A DNA stretch of 40,782 nt from the NCBI GenBank assembly GCA_009927705.1, contig RFMK01000123.1, positions 1 through 40,782 on the forward strand, read 5' to 3'. Position numbers and translations under genes: made by a program. Shown here piece by piece: positions 38,792 through 40,782 of this stretch; position 1 is the first letter of the stretch; each line of letters starts with the position of its first letter. The notes beneath the pieces were generated by a model. It did no database searches. It was not told the origin of the DNA and saw only the letters and a list, made by a program, of their open reading frames with translations. The DNA comes from Actinomycetota bacterium. GTDB lineage: Bacteria > Actinomycetota > Actinomycetes > Nanopelagicales > Nanopelagicaceae.

Positions 38792-39838
38792 ATGACCAGG
38801 GCGCCGAACGCACTTTTCCGTCGAAGAGTCTTCTCGCAAACTGTGGTCTTTTTCCTTTCTCTCTGCCTAGCCATAACTTTGGCGCCAGTCGCATCCGCTG
38901 CGCCCAATGCAGATCTCAAATCAGTTCGTGCTCAGGTCGAGCAACTCCAAGAAGATGCCGCAGAAGCCGGCGAGAATGCCCAGGCTGCGAAAATCCAACT
39001 TTCTAAGTTGAAGAAACAACTGAGCGCGGTACAACAACAAGCAGATGCTCAGAAACAAACCGTAGATTCGATAAAGAAATCTCTCGCCGCCATCGCGGTT
39101 GCTCGATATAAATCAACCGGTTTAGGAGAGGGGCTCGAACTTCTATTCTCCTCTGATCCTTCTCTCTATTTATCTGCGGCAGGTTCACTTGAAAGCGTTA
39201 CCCGGAAACAAGCGATTGAGCTTCGTAAATATGCCACTGCAAAACAGCGACTCGATGCGACATCACTGACCGTTGCGGACAAACTCAAACTTGTTCAAGC
39301 AGCCGAAGCTCGGTACCGAGCACAAGCGGCTCAAGTTGAGAAGAAATTAGCTCAAGCCGAGAAGATTTTGGCGAAATTGGAGAAGGAAGATCGCGAACGA
39401 CTTCTCAAACTCCAAGCGATGGATGAGGAAGAACGTAAGAAGTATTCTCTTGAACAGGCAAAACTTGCCAATGCGGTCTCAGGTCGTGCCGGAACCGCTC
39501 TACGTTTTGCGGTTAAACAGATTGGCGACCGATATGTCTGGGGAGCGGCAGGCCCGATTCGGTGGGATTGCTCAGGTTTGACGATGCGCGCATATGAACA
39601 AGCTGGCGTACGACTGCCACACTCATCGCGCGCCCAATACTCATTTGGTCGTTCAATCGCCCGCGGAAACCTTCAGCCCGGCGATCTCGTATTTTTTGGC
39701 TCACCCATCTCTCACGTTGGAATTTATATTGGAAAGAACCAAATGGTTCACGCGCCGCGTCCGGGAGCAAGAGTCCAGATCGCCGAATTTGGAAGCGCTT
39801 TTGGCCGCAAGAAGTATGTCGGCGCACGACGTCTATAA
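38792..39838 (+). CDS. Secreted NlpC/P60 peptidoglycan endopeptidase with an N-terminal coiled coil (RipA/RipC-like architecture)
   Basis: Has a signal peptide ending VASA|AP, a long Ala/Gln/Lys coiled coil, and a C-terminal NlpC/P60 domain with DCSGLTMRAY (Cys), SHVGIY (His) and MVHAP. Confidence 0.9.
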   Translation: MTRAPNALFRRRVFSQTVVFFLSLCLAITLAPVASAAPNADLKSVRAQVEQLQEDAAEAGENAQAAKIQLSKLKKQLSAVQQQADAQKQTVDSIKKSLAAIAVARYKSTGLGEGLELLFSSDPSLYLSAAGSLESVTRKQAIELRKYATAKQRLDATSLTVADKLKLVQAAEARYRAQAAQVEKKLAQAEKILAKLEKEDRERLLKLQAMDEEERKKYSLEQAKLANAVSGRAGTALRFAVKQIGDRYVWGAAGPIRWDCSGLTMRAYEQAGVRLPHSSRAQYSFGRSIARGNLQPGDLVFFGSPISHVGIYIGKNQMVHAPRPGARVQIAEFGSAFGRKKYVGARRL

Positions 39839-40782
39839 ATGCCTTCAATATTGCTGGTCACAAATGACTTTGGACCTCGGGCCGGTGGAATAGAAACTTT
39901 CGTTATCGGCCTACTCGAGCGAATCCCGCGTGGCGAAGTCATCGTCTACACCTCTTCGCAGGAAGGATCCGCGCCATTTGATCAACGTTGGAGCGATGAG
40001 TTTGGAGTCGAAGTAATCCGCGATCGATCGTCCATACTCCTGCCAACACCGCGAGTTGTTAGCAATCTTAAGAAGATTCTCAAGGAGAGAGGCATAACTA
40101 AAGTTTGGTTTGGTGCAGCGGCTCCTCTCGGTTTAACTTCTAGATGGTTACGGAAAGCTGGCGCAGACCATATTGTCGCCCTCACTCACGGACATGAAGT
40201 GTGGTGGTCTAAAGTCTGGCCATTTTCTTGGTTGATGAGTGAGATCGCTCGTTCGATAGATGTTGCAACGTATCTCGGAAATTTTACAAAGCAAGCAATC
40301 GCTCCACGATTTAAGAATCCAGAGAAATTAATCAAGATTGCTCCTGGAATTGATATCGAACACTTCAAGCCACTGGATTCATCATCGCTCAGAAGCGAAC
40401 TCGAATTGAATGATCGCCCAACAATCATCAGTGTGGGCCGGCTAGTTCATCGAAAAGGACAAGATCGGTTGGTAGAAGCGATGCCACGTATCGTCGCAGA
40501 ATTGCCAGATGCGATTCTTGTATTTATTGGCGAGGGACCGCACAGAAAAGAGCTGGATCGATTGGTTGCGAAACATAATCTGGATAAGAATGTTCGATTT
40601 ATTGGGCGGATTCAATATTTTGATTTGCCAAGATACATCGCACTGGGAGATATCTTTGCAATGCCTTCGCGCTCCAGACTCTTTGGTCTAGAGGTAGAAG
40701 GATTGGGAATCGTCTATCTGGAAGCAAGCGCCTGTGGACTTCCTGTTGTGGGAGGTTCATCTGGCGGCGCGCCAGATGCAGT
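39839..40782 (+). CDS. GT4-family glycosyltransferase, PimB-like mannosyltransferase; 3'-truncated by the window edge
   Basis: Absent from the ORF track because no stop occurs inside the window. Hand translation from ATG 39839 (directly after the NlpC/P60 TAA) gives MPSILLVTNDFGPRAGGIETF...GRLVHRKGQD...EGLGIVYLEASACGLPVVGG (the GT4 E-x7-E region). The frame is open to nt 40782. Confidence 0.85.
   Translation, partial: MPSILLVTNDFGPRAGGIETFVIGLLERIPRGEVIVYTSSQEGSAPFDQRWSDEFGVEVIRDRSSILLPTPRVVSNLKKILKERGITKVWFGAAAPLGLTSRWLRKAGADHIVALTHGHEVWWSKVWPFSWLMSEIARSIDVATYLGNFTKQAIAPRFKNPEKLIKIAPGIDIEHFKPLDSSSLRSELELNDRPTIISVGRLVHRKGQDRLVEAMPRIVAELPDAILVFIGEGPHRKELDRLVAKHNLDKNVRFIGRIQYFDLPRYIALGDIFAMPSRSRLFGLEVEGLGIVYLEASACGLPVVGGSSGGAPDA

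Overview
This is a densely packed, almost entirely housekeeping chromosomal segment with actinobacterial gene content and order. It is visibly more AT-rich than most Actinomycetota, and I infer a streamlined, low-GC actinobacterium such as a freshwater acI/Nanopelagicales-like or related lineage. I call 44 CDS (the first and last cut by the window edges), 2 clear intrinsic terminators and 2 candidate operator sites. I see no rRNA, tRNA, CRISPR array, IS/transposase, integrase, phage or defence genes. The window reads as three blocks, with M. tuberculosis gene order recalled from memory. Block 1 is hupB-plsC-gpsA-ddl-thiL-rpmB-recG-rsmD-coaD-sepIVA-like-yceD-rpmF-rnc-mutM-smc-ftsY-amt-glnK-ffh-rpsP-KH-rimM-trmD. 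Block 2 is the dut neighbourhood: DUF4193, DUF3093, hotdog thioesterase, dut, DUF3159, two trkA genes, a TRAM methyltransferase, then acn, dxs, an inserted fadB-fadA-FTR1 unit, an RNase D-like gene and DUF3000. Block 3 is EamA, RibD_C, a small Cys4 protein, NlpC/P60 and a PimB-like GT4. I did not find a convincing novel multi-gene system. The points worth follow-up are modest: an rnc gene with no canonical start codon, an uncharacterised CxxC-x6-CxxC small protein upstream of the NlpC/P60 hydrolase, and a perfect 22-bp palindrome abutting the fadA start. Others are a 62-nt convergent dxs/fadB overlap, an amt-glnK unit with a GlnR-like box but no glnD, and the conserved-but-unexplained DUF cluster around dut. 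All homology calls rest on motif recognition by eye, with no database search.
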